In this document: positions 1 to 9,166 of the stretch, one piece after another
How positions within the stretch are numbered: the first letter of the stretch is position 1
How the letters are laid out: each line of letters starts with the position of its first letter
Position numbers and translations under genes: made by a program
Assembly (NCBI GenBank): GCA_004431415.1
Contig: QPMI01000521.1
Coordinates: 62,001 to 126,000 of the forward strand
Direction: 5' to 3'
From: Cyanophora paradoxa CCMP329
Taxonomy: Eukaryota; Plantae; Glaucophyta
Length of the DNA: 64,000 nucleotides
Notes under the pieces: generated by a model
Database searches by the model: none
Told to the model about the DNA's origin: nothing
Seen by the model: only the letters and a program-made list of their open reading frames with translations

Positions 1-183
1 CACAAGGGTATATGCACGAATGTTTCCTCGACGATCACGGAGTGGAACCGCCATTGCACCAACAGGAATGTCCATTTCGATTCCAGCTTACTTAAGCTTG
101 GCTTCTTTACAGTTAGAACCCGACATCTCTTTATAGCATATCAAAGTCTTGATCTGCATTCTTTTATCGAACCATCTACTATC

Positions 184-3100
184 ATGTCTTATCTCCTGAG
201 AAAGCCTGTGCCTCTGCGACGGCCACCAGAATCGCCTGAAGAGGATAGGCTCATTAATATTCGCGTTTTCGGAAGCATTTTGGCTGACTACAATGCTGAC
301 AAAGATATACACCAGACCGAGTTTAATCGCCCAGCTGCGTTAATTCTGCGCAACTCACATGTTGGCGCCCCGGACATTGCACAGAGATTTTGTCTAGGTC
401 CAGCTGAGAACTATGTTGCTGAAATAATTGGATCCAGGGCGTTGCCGCGGCACCTGCGAATTGCCTCCTCAGGCACTGTTTCCAAGTATGATTCTGGTAG
501 ATTAATCTTTAGGCTCCAAAATGATAGAGGGGTCCACACATCAGCTCTACGCCTAATTGATGAATCCAATGCTGTCACAAACAAGACTGCGGCTCACATT
601 ACAGGGCGAATTCTCCTTGGCGAAGATGCAGGAATATCAGTGATAGCATCGCAAATCCAGCCGTTTCCCTGGGATTTACTATATACTGCTGCAAGAGAGA
701 CAAATATTTTGTACGGTTTCGATGTTAATCAAATCGATACCGAGCCAGCCACCAGGTTAGATATTCCTGGATGCACCTTTGGCTCTATCCTGATTGAGGC
801 TGACAGGCACCTGCTCCCGGCATTGCATGATAGATATGACCTAGGGCTTCGAACCAGGCAGTGGCGAAATATTCATGGAACAAGTATTTACCAAGACGGC
901 AAAAAAGTAATCACTGAACCTGAGATAATAAACATTTTCAACTACTACTTTGGACCTATTGTCCCTATACCACCTATACCACCTCTTCCAGGGCTACCAA
1001 AGCCGCCAACGCCGGATGGACCAGGTCGAGAGCGAGTTGCCGATGAGACAATCCCATTTGGTCAAAATATTATATCATGGGAGGCTGTCAGGAATCGTCC
1101 AGTGATAGAACCCTATAAGCATCCACATGAGGAATACCTGCCGCCTGATATTGAAGTTTTCCCACTCGAAATGTACACAGAGCCGGAGGAGCAATTAATT
1201 CCCGACGGATTAGACGTTCAAGAACTCGAGTACGAGCAGCCTGTGATTCCGCATGAGCAGCTGCTTCCAGATGGCTTTGATCCTATTTTCTTCCCCTTGG
1301 AGTTCACAGTGGACTGGGAATCTATTAACTACAAACCTGAGAATTTTCCACCGGAAGATCACAGACATAACTGGGATGAAATCGATAATAAACCGTTGCA
1401 ATTTCCACCAGAAGATCATAGACACGACTGGGATGATATCGATAATAAACCGCTTAAATTTCCTCCAGAGGATCATAGACACGACTGGGGTGACCTTGAT
1501 AATGTTCCGCTTGAATTTCCACCGGAAGATCACAGACACATTTGGAGCGAAATAGATGAGCAGCCCGAGTTCGCAAAGATTGAGCTTCCTGTCACACTAG
1601 CTGTCTCTCTCTACAAATCAATTAACACCCCTGAAAGGTTATATTTGAATGACCACTATGTCCACAGGCAGGGAATTCGTGCTAACACTGACATGTCAGG
1701 CTCTTTGTTTATAAGGATTCCCCGTGGAATGGAGATAGTTGCTGCTGGCGGGAATATCGGTTTGCAGGACACGTTCCCAAGTATTTATGTCACAAACTAC
1801 TACGCCTCTGACATCGAAATGACATCTGTTCTACCTCCTTTGCCTTCACTGCCGTTAGATCCTCTCTCCCATGCTGATTTTCATTCTGCAATCCAGATTA
1901 ATGTAACAGATGTTAGCGATTTAGATTCATCGAGACCGAAATTGGTATTTAGCCGTGAACGCCTTTTACCCGAAGCTTTAATTGGAAACCGAGACGATTA
2001 TAAAAAATGTGAAATAGCATGGATTAAAACGAATTATAATGGTGGAGTTGGCGAGGGAGTTTTAGAAATAAATCAGAGGGCAGCAGCAAAGAACATTCAC
2101 AACGAGACAATATCCAGAGTGGTTACAGAGGATTATCTTCAAGCCCAAAACTACGTAGACGAAGCAGAGCTCGCATTAGTTATTGCAGGTCTAGCTGTGA
2201 CAGGAAATTACCTTCCCTTGACAGGAGGAACTATTGACGGAACAGTGACTGCCGACAACTTTTTTGTTCACACTGAAAATGATCAAGTCTTCCCTGTGAT
2301 TCACCCAGGAGCCGAATACGAAATTCCTATTGATCCTGCTATCATGCCCATCAAAATCGATCTCCCTTCGGATTATGTAGGAAGGGGTGAACTGAAAACC
2401 GTTTCGTTCTCAGGAGACTATAATGATCTTATTAACAAACCTACTGCGGCGAATCTACACCCTGTTGCATTTTCGGGGAGTTTCCTCGATCTTAATAATA
2501 GATCCCACACCCACACAAGAGCAGAGATTACAGATTTCGCACACACTCACACCAAGTCCCAAATAACAGATTTTGCACACTATCACACCCGAGCAGATAT
2601 TACGAATTTCGCCCACACTCATGTTAAATCAGAGATTCTAGATCTTGGAAATGTTGCATATGTTGGGCACACCCACACTAAGGCAGAGATTACAGATCTT
2701 GGAAATGTTGCGTATGTAGGTCACACCCACACAAAGGCAGAGATTACAGATTTTGCACACACTCATGATTGGAATACAGATATTTATAACAAACCAGCGA
2801 TTTTTTCGGGCAACTACAATGACCTGACCAATAAACCCACCCTCGATCCCTTTACAGCTACCACCATCAGAGCGAACAACACAATGTATGTAGGATCAGG
2901 TCAGATTGTAGAACCAGCAGGACCTATGTTTGATGAAACATGGTTTTTCCACAATTCGCAAAATTACTTCGATAAAACCTTACTTGTTCGTGGAAATGCC
3001 TATGCAAGAAACTTTTATGCTATGAACCCTTCAAATAATCAGACTATCAGTAGATGCATTACAGAAGCGGATCTATCCAGTCAACTCAATGCGTATTTTA

Positions 3101-3393
3101 ATGGGAAAATAAAAGCAGGAAAGTATGTTTACACTACTCCTGTTTTGAACTACAATAATTTATATGTGTTCAATCTTACCATCTATTTCAGTAGTGCCTT
3201 TGCTTCTCCTCCTGTTGTGACAGCAACAGTAAGGCATGAAGGGCAGGCAAATGCTACAACACCAGTCATATTTACTGTGAACCTGTTAAATGTTTACAGT
3301 GACTATTTCACATGTGAACTTTTCACTGATCCATATGCAATGGACAATACAGCCAAAACTGTAACAATCCATTACATTGCTGTCGCAATTTAA
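184..3393 (+). CDS. Tail-fibre/spike-like virion protein (1069 aa)
   Basis: Intact ORF with four FPPEDHRHxWxxIDxxP repeats, YLPLTGGTIDG, SGDYNDLINKP and SGNYNDLTNKP, about seven HxHTxxEITDF-type repeats, and a beta-rich C-terminus (FSSAFASPPVVTATV...IHYIAVAI). These motifs are typical of phage fibres. Confidence 0.75.
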   Translation: MSYLLRKPVPLRRPPESPEEDRLINIRVFGSILADYNADKDIHQTEFNRPAALILRNSHVGAPDIAQRFCLGPAENYVAEIIGSRALPRHLRIASSGTVSKYDSGRLIFRLQNDRGVHTSALRLIDESNAVTNKTAAHITGRILLGEDAGISVIASQIQPFPWDLLYTAARETNILYGFDVNQIDTEPATRLDIPGCTFGSILIEADRHLLPALHDRYDLGLRTRQWRNIHGTSIYQDGKKVITEPEIINIFNYYFGPIVPIPPIPPLPGLPKPPTPDGPGRERVADETIPFGQNIISWEAVRNRPVIEPYKHPHEEYLPPDIEVFPLEMYTEPEEQLIPDGLDVQELEYEQPVIPHEQLLPDGFDPIFFPLEFTVDWESINYKPENFPPEDHRHNWDEIDNKPLQFPPEDHRHDWDDIDNKPLKFPPEDHRHDWGDLDNVPLEFPPEDHRHIWSEIDEQPEFAKIELPVTLAVSLYKSINTPERLYLNDHYVHRQGIRANTDMSGSLFIRIPRGMEIVAAGGNIGLQDTFPSIYVTNYYASDIEMTSVLPPLPSLPLDPLSHADFHSAIQINVTDVSDLDSSRPKLVFSRERLLPEALIGNRDDYKKCEIAWIKTNYNGGVGEGVLEINQRAAAKNIHNETISRVVTEDYLQAQNYVDEAELALVIAGLAVTGNYLPLTGGTIDGTVTADNFFVHTENDQVFPVIHPGAEYEIPIDPAIMPIKIDLPSDYVGRGELKTVSFSGDYNDLINKPTAANLHPVAFSGSFLDLNNRSHTHTRAEITDFAHTHTKSQITDFAHYHTRADITNFAHTHVKSEILDLGNVAYVGHTHTKAEITDLGNVAYVGHTHTKAEITDFAHTHDWNTDIYNKPAIFSGNYNDLTNKPTLDPFTATTIRANNTMYVGSGQIVEPAGPMFDETWFFHNSQNYFDKTLLVRGNAYARNFYAMNPSNNQTISRCITEADLSSQLNAYFNGKIKAGKYVYTTPVLNYNNLYVFNLTIYFSSAFASPPVVTATVRHEGQANATTPVIFTVNLLNVYSDYFTCELFTDPYAMDNTAKTVTIHYIAVAI
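1345..1572 (+). repeat. 57-bp coding tandem repeat x4 (19 aa unit FPPEDHRHDWDDIDNKPLK)
   Basis: Units start at 1345, 1402, 1459 and 1516. Confidence 0.9.
2506..2770 (+). repeat. Coding HxH (HTHTKAEITDF-like) repeats, including a 54-bp near-duplicate
   Basis: 2641-2694 is nearly identical to 2695-2748; cacacccacac-like and gcagagattacagat motifs recur. Confidence 0.9.
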
Positions 3394-3411
3394 CTATTTC
3401 GTAATTATAAA

Positions 3412-4482
3412 GATGACCTCTCTATTAGAAATCCCAAACTATGAACTCGCCGCAAAATCACTTCACAGCACCTCTCATGGAGTAGTTGATTCAACCCCTG
3501 AGTATATTTCCACAGAAACTTCAAGCAATACCTCTTTCACAGAGAATAGTATACTCAGAGTCAAAGAAATTCGATGTGATCGAAATGGAGGCAAGATTAG
3601 AACCACAGGCATTATAATCTCGAATAAAAATCAAGTTCAAGCAGGGCAGGTAGTCCCCGATTCAGCAATATATGATAATGTGGGTGGATTCACCACAGCA
3701 AAGATAGTTACTTTTGATAACACAAGTAATAACTCGGCTCTTGTGGTCAAGAGTGGAGGGCATACATTGGTGATGGAGCAATTGTGGTGGGGACTGTCAC
3801 AGCAAATCAATTTAATGTGAATGGAACAAGTTCATTTACAGGATTGATGACCTTCAATGGTGGACTCTCGGGAACTGTTAGCGTTGAAACTCGAAAAGCA
3901 ACCACAAGAGTTCAAACACCTGAGATAGACAATGGGACAAATGTGAATATGAATTACAAACGAAACGGAGATACCATTTTCACTCTCGAAAAGACAATAA
4001 CAGATCTGAATGTAATCACAATCCCGGAAAATAGTGGTCTGAAACGAACCTATTGTCCAAGAATGAATATATCAAGACAAGCTCCTGGTATGACAGGGAC
4101 AGTAATACTTAACACTGCAACAGCATTTTCCTTTACAGGTGGAGCTTATTTTGTAAACAATGAGGGAAACTTTGCATCCACAAAATTTACAGCTCCTGTT
4201 TCCGGAGTATATAGGGTGTTCTTTGCATGCATGAGAGCTGGCACAACCTCTTATACTCATATTGCTACCAGCATTTATTTAAATGGAAATCCTACAACCC
4301 TCCAAACAAGAGTTTCAATGCCGTCCGCGGGGATTTCTAATACATTTGTAACTCCAATTTCATTTGAAGTTTTACTTTCTCTTATTCAAGGTGACTCCTT
4401 TGATATGCGCAATAGTTCTGGTGCCACTCTTCAATTTGATATCAGATACTATCTTTCTTGTGATCTTGTTAGTGCTACATAA
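3412..4482 (+). pseudogene. Fibre paralog 1 with C1q-like head, split by a 1-bp frameshift near 3758-3760
   Basis: ORFs 3377-3820 and 3784-4482 join if one G is added (SGGAYIGDG, as in the paralogs). The head contains FTAPVSGVYRVF, a C1q/TNF-like motif. The frameshift may be an assembly error. Confidence 0.7.
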
Positions 4483-4504
4483 TATTATCTGTATAGTATA
4501 AAGA

Positions 4505-5543
4505 ATGTCTACACAAATTGCTGTTCCTGTTTTCTGTTATGCCGCCCCAAAAATACATCAACTGAACCATACAGTAACAGATGCAACACCTGGTTTATTT
4601 GCACAGAAACAACAGGGGCTGATTCGTTTTCACAGAACTCTGTGATTAGATGTAAAGAAATTCGATGTGATCGCAATGGGGAAAAGTGAGAACCACAGGT
4701 CTCATTGTATCTAACAAGAACCAAGTCCAATCAGGTCAAATTGTTTCAGATACAGCAATTTATGACAATGTGGGAGGGTTCACCACACCCAAAATAGTTA
4801 CTTTTGATAATACAATTAATAATGCTGCTCTTTCAGTTAGAAGTGGAGGGGCATATATTGGAGATGGGGCAAGGATTGATGGAACTCTAACAGCCAATCA
4901 AGTGAACATTACAGGAACAAGCACATTTACAGGTTCAGTAACAGCCCATGGAGGCATAAGTATTCCAGAAACAACACAATCGATAATAACAGCAACTTCC
5001 AAGGTGGTCACACCTGAAATCGATACAGGAGCAGATGTAAATCTTGTTTTGAAACGCAATAGTGATGTTTTGGCTACTCTTGAAGCCAATCGCTTGACAA
5101 TTAATACAAATTGTTATTTAAAATATGATTTTCAGCCTCGATTTTCTGTTCAACTTAATTATCCTCATGTTGCTACCAGTGAAACTGCTCTTATCAATTG
5201 GGGGGTAGTGTTTGTGAATAATAGGGGGGCATTCAATGTGGGTAATGGTAGGTTCACTGCTCCTGTTGCAGGTCATTACAGATTTACAGCATATACCCAT
5301 TCAACATCAAGTAGTCCAATAAGTCTCTCTTTAAAAGTAAATGACCAAGACCCAGGGGGTCAAAGTATTATAACACAAAATAACTCCACTCTCACGAATA
5401 AACCGCTTTACATTAGTGTAATTCTCAACATTGCTATGGGTGAGTATGTAACACTTGTAACAAATAATGGGGTAGCTACACAAATCGAACAACATTCACA
5501 GGTGAGCTTCTCAGTCTCACATAATTTTCTCTCTATAAAATAG
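4505..5543 (+). pseudogene. Fibre paralog 2 with C1q-like head, frameshifts near 4595 and 4680
   Basis: ATG at 4505 (MSTQIAVPVFCYAAPKIHQLNH) aligns with the paralog N-termini after restoring two homopolymer bases. The head has NNRGAFNVGNGRFTAPVAGHYRF. Confidence 0.7.
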
Positions 5544-5545
5544 GA

Positions 5546-5809
5546 ATGTCGAATATATACCAAGTGGCTCTCTCAGATATTGAAAAGTTGGGAATGGAAT
5601 ATTGCGCTGCTTCTGTTCAGGATTGGATTGATAATGTTGTTCATAACAGGGCAAGAATCGCAATTGATGATATTGTTCAGAAAGAGATTCAATCTTGCAT
5701 CTCATCAGGGGTTCAGATACCAACCTCTAAGGAAGCGATTGTATTACAGGCATTCCAAAGGGGAACTGTAAAGAAAGGCATCGAGTATAACAATGTCACA
5801 GAAGAGTAG
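5546..5809 (+). CDS. Small phage-type protein following the C1q-head fibre (87 aa)
   Basis: Starts 2 nt after the paralog 2 stop. The motif VQDWIDNVVHNRARIAIDDIV...IPTSKEAIV resembles, from memory, small ORFs next to C1q-domain tail genes of aquatic phages. Confidence 0.6.
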   Translation: MSNIYQVALSDIEKLGMEYCAASVQDWIDNVVHNRARIAIDDIVQKEIQSCISSGVQIPTSKEAIVLQAFQRGTVKKGIEYNNVTEE

Positions 5810-5866
5810 CAGAGCTAGCGCTATAGCTTGTCTGCAGCCTATTTTTTTTCTCTCGCGTTTCTATCA

Positions 5867-6716
5867 AATGACCGAGTACAATCGGGTCCAGCTCCCGATC
5901 TACTCGCTGGGCTCCCCAGCCATCCATATGAGACAGCATGAAGTTAGCGATGCTATTGCTGGATTAGAGTCCACTGAGCGGCCAAATTCAACTAACGCCT
6001 TTGATCAGCGATCAGTGATTCGGTGTAAAGAATTGCGCGCAGATAAAAACTCTGGGGTTGTCAAAACAACTAGATTACTAGTTACAAACGCGAATTTCTC
6101 CCAGCCCATAACAGGGGGAGTTGATTCGTACAGTGTTGACCTCCGAAGCATAAACTACGATCAAAACACTGCTGCTCTCACTGTGCGTTCCGGAGGGGCA
6201 GCTATTACCGGAGCCTGCCGAGTTAGTGGAGGGCTTTCGTCATCGATTGCCATTAATGATGTCCCGGACTTTTCATTAGAGAATGCTGAAAATCGTAAAC
6301 GAGTTCGCATGTATGTACCCTGCTGTGACCTTCCCTATGCACAGGCTTTAGTAGAAGTTGAGATAACAATAGCTAATTCAAGTACACCTAATGGTCTGGA
6401 TGGTGAGAGGTTGCTTTCAAACAGAGAAATCCCTAAAGCATTACAATCTCTCTGCCAAGATCAAAATGATCAGATAGGGCATGTGTACACGTTCTTTGTC
6501 CAAGGTCTTGGGCATGCTGGACGGGGATATGTAGTTCGTAATATCAATACAAGGCATCTTTTCGATTTATACGCTACTGCGATAGGCAGATACTCTATCC
6601 TAATCATCGGCTATCGCTCCGATGTGGCTGCATCAGTGGCTACTAGAGGGCTGAACGTTGATCCAGCACTGAATAATATGTATGAGGAAGGCAATCCGGA
6701 AAATCCTATACCTTGA
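5867..6716 (+). CDS. Fibre-family paralog 3 (shared N-terminal module, non-C1q head)
   Basis: MTEYNRVQLPIYSLGSP...STE...VIRCKELRADKNSGVVKTTRLLVTN...ALTVRSGGA. Start taken as the Met near 5867. Confidence 0.75.
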
Positions 6717-6726
6717 TAAAGAACGT

Positions 6727-7254
6727 TTATGCTTCAGCTGGAAAATTTAGACGGATAAATGAACGATCTGTCTCACTGGTGTGTGCTAGAGCAAAAGCAT
6801 CACGGGCTCTGGCAGCTTGCTCTGCAGTAGAGAAATAGCCAATGTGTTTCTTGCGTCCATCTATTCTAAATTGAGCTCGCCATTTGTTCTTAGATGTGTA
6901 AAAGCTTACTCCTACAAAACCACTCGAATTATTCTTTTGAAGCAATTGATTCAAATTTTGCTGCTTATTTGTAGCCAGGCGGAGGTTCTCACGTCTGTTA
7001 TCTAGTTTATTACAGTTGATGTGATCAATAGAAAACCCTGGATTGATCGCTCCTACTATTAATTGATGCATTGTTGTTGTTGTCCTATTTCCGTTCACAA
7101 TAATACTACATCTAGCATAACCCTTTTTATTAAGATTCCAACGTTTTTCATTAACTAGCTCTGCATCAGCTGCTAATATGAAAGAATGTGCTACTATTCC
7201 ATTTCGCCCGTAAATTGGAATTGCAATCGCTCCATTGGGAATTTCGATCTCCAT
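6727..7254 (-). CDS. HNH endonuclease with C-terminal AP2 DNA-binding domain
   Basis: IDHINCNKLDNRRENLRLAT (HNH) followed by SGFVGV...KWRAQ...HIGYFSTAEQAARARD (AP2). Confidence 0.92.
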   Translation of the reverse strand: MEIEIPNGAIAIPIYGRNGIVAHSFILAADAELVNEKRWNLNKKGYARCSIIVNGNRTTTTMHQLIVGAINPGFSIDHINCNKLDNRRENLRLATNKQQNLNQLLQKNNSSGFVGVSFYTSKNKWRAQFRIDGRKKHIGYFSTAEQAARARDAFALAHTSETDRSFIRLNFPAEA

Positions 7255-7316
7255 CTGTCTAGCCTTCCTTGTTCCTTGCTTTTTTATGCATTCATTTTCT
7301 TTAAGTCATAACAATA

Positions 7317-8180
7317 ATGGCTGAAGCTGTTGAAAGAATTGTTGTTCCAACTTTAACCCTTGCGGCCCCAGTAAATCACGTCCTGCAGCACGCCATCTCA
7401 GATGACGTCCCCGGCCTACAATCAACGGAGCAGCAGCCAACTCTAAACACCTTCCGAGAAAATCACATTTTACGTTTAGGAGAGGTTCGATGTGACAAAA
7501 ATAATGGCACTATTAAAACGACTAATCTCCTTGTAACTAATGCTAATTTTAATGCGCATTATGGCGATCCTGATAGCTATGACGATGCTAACAAGGTTAA
7601 TACTTTTACCTACGAATCAAGAATAGGAGCTGTGACCTGCAGATTTGGAGGTGCTTATATTGGAGATGGTCTGAGAGTGGGTGGCGCTGCTTGCGCCCCT
7701 ATATTTGTTAATGATCAACCTAACCCTGAAAACACTAATGAAAGAATCAGAACGTATGTTCCTGGTATGAATTTGCCTTATATCATCAAACTATTCACGC
7801 TAAATATAAATGAGCAAACATCGATCGTAGATAACGTTCAGCCACTCGGAAATCACTTCAAGAGTGTTGTTGATATTCCCCCTGATATCTATTTCCTTTG
7901 TAGGAGGAATGATGCTCTCCGGCCAAACATAGCTGTTTTAATCAATCCGATCGACAATTTTGGTGTCGCTTTCCATTCTACTCCAGTGGGGTTGAAGATT
8001 ACCAGTTTATTGTGAGGGCTACGCTCATGGGGGCCTATAAAATTATTCTATTTGCCGAAAGAACAGATGCAATTGCAAATGGTGTCAAGTACGGGAAACG
8101 TTCAATTCGAATCGTTATTTCCCAATTGGTGGGGCTGATCCCAACCCATAGAATCTTTGTTTTTATATATAGCCCATACT
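7317..8180 (+). pseudogene. Fibre-family paralog 4 (same head type as paralog 3), frameshift near 7990
   Basis: ILRLGEVRCDKNNGTIKTTNLLVTNANF...RFGGAYIGDGLRVGG...RIRTYVPG. After the G-run at 7988-7991 another frame reads YQFIVRATLMGAYKIILFAERTD, matching LFDLYATAIGRYSILIIGYRSD of paralog 3. The 3' end is uncertain. Confidence 0.65.
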
Positions 8181-8182
8181 AG

Positions 8183-8626
8183 ATGGATTTGCTCCGTAAA
8201 TGCATGGAGATGTTCCATCTCAACGTCACCAGCAAATTGAAATGCAGCTGCTGCGAGACAACTATTAACCTCGAAATATCTGACACTGAGGGTCGCGCAC
8301 CCCTGATACTCAGCTATCGCCTAATAACACACCTGGGACTTCAAGGTCCAATTCTCCTTTTACACGATCCGACTCACCTGTACCATGGCTTGATTCTGAT
8401 AACCGAAGATCGTCTTGGCCACCCCAAATATCCCAAAGCCCCTGAAAAGAAAGAAGTCCCTGCTATCAAGTTTCAGAAAGGAGAAGACTCCAGTTTCGGA
8501 AAAGCAACCAGATCAAGTGGAATGAGGCCGCACCAGACCGCTCTGGGGCCCGTCCTTACGTGCGGCTATAGCTTAACGCTTTTTCCTCGTTTAGCTTCTC
8601 TGTACACATCAATTACATCTAGCTAG
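8183..8626 (+). CDS. Small viral hypothetical protein with KCSCC motif (probably frameshifted)
   Basis: MDLLRKCMEMFHLNVTSKLKCSCCETTINLEISD. An alternative S/P/T-rich frame after about 8290 looks more natural. Confidence 0.45.
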   Translation: MDLLRKCMEMFHLNVTSKLKCSCCETTINLEISDTEGRAPLILSYRLITHLGLQGPILLLHDPTHLYHGLILITEDRLGHPKYPKAPEKKEVPAIKFQKGEDSSFGKATRSSGMRPHQTALGPVLTCGYSLTLFPRLASLYTSITSS

Positions 8627-8680
8627 AGCTTAACACGTTTCCTCGTTTAGCTTCTCTGTACTCATTAATATCGCCTAGCC
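8571..8680 (+). repeat. Imperfect ~57-bp direct repeat near the element boundary
   Basis: gcttaac...tttcctcgtttagcttctctgtac.cat.aat occurs at 8571 and 8628. Confidence 0.85.
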
Positions 8681-8974
8681 TATTCTGCCACGTTGTTCTA
8701 CAGACCGCGCTCAAGGGGGCAGCGCTCCTCTTCGTCTATTCTAGTTGTCAGCTCTGCCCTGAATAGTCGTTAGATATTTCTTTGTTAAGACTCCGACCCG
8801 AGTCTGGTAGACCTGGGAATTTGAGTCTCGTAGACGTACAAGGTGAATTAACTGAAGAGGGGCTGGAGGTATACACTGGAAACGCATGGAATCGGGGGCA
8901 ATGGAGCGAAGCGGAATTGCCCGGGTGTGAGGTCCATGCGTATACAACAGTCGCCGGCGCCAAGGCCGCGCTGA

Positions 8975-8998
8975 TTATATATATATACATATATAAAG
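8975..8998 (+). promoter_or_regulatory. TA-rich/TATA-like element upstream of phytochrome
   Basis: tatatatatatacatatataaa about 170 bp before ATG 9167. Confidence 0.35.
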
Positions 8999-9166
8999 CC
9001 GCAGGCTCTCATCAGCGTGATTGCGTGCACGTGGCGGGCCCGAGCGCCGGACGGTTCAGCGCTCCGATCGCAATTGCAACGTTAACCCCTCCCGCCGGGC
9101 CGGCCGCCGCCCGCTCGCGATCGTCTTGCCGCGGGCTGCGAATACGTACACGGACGATATATACCG

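Larger units (their letters stand above)
1..8700. mobile_element. Endogenous viral element (one end of an integrated dsDNA virus; class not determinable here)
   Basis: Much lower GC than the flanking host DNA, no introns, tightly packed mostly + strand ORFs. Content is fibre-like, C1q-like and HNH-AP2 ORFs. Composition shifts to host style at about 8.7-9.0 kb. No capsid, polymerase or integrase is inside the window. Confidence 0.8.

Noticed and set aside
1345-1572. CRISPR-like regularly spaced repeat
   Set aside because: In-frame coding tandem repeat with no unique spacers and no cas genes.
3540-4900. Diversity-generating retroelement (TR/VR pair) between paralogs 1 and 2
   Set aside because: Differences are largely synonymous and not adenine-specific, the similarity is N-terminal, and no reverse transcriptase is present.
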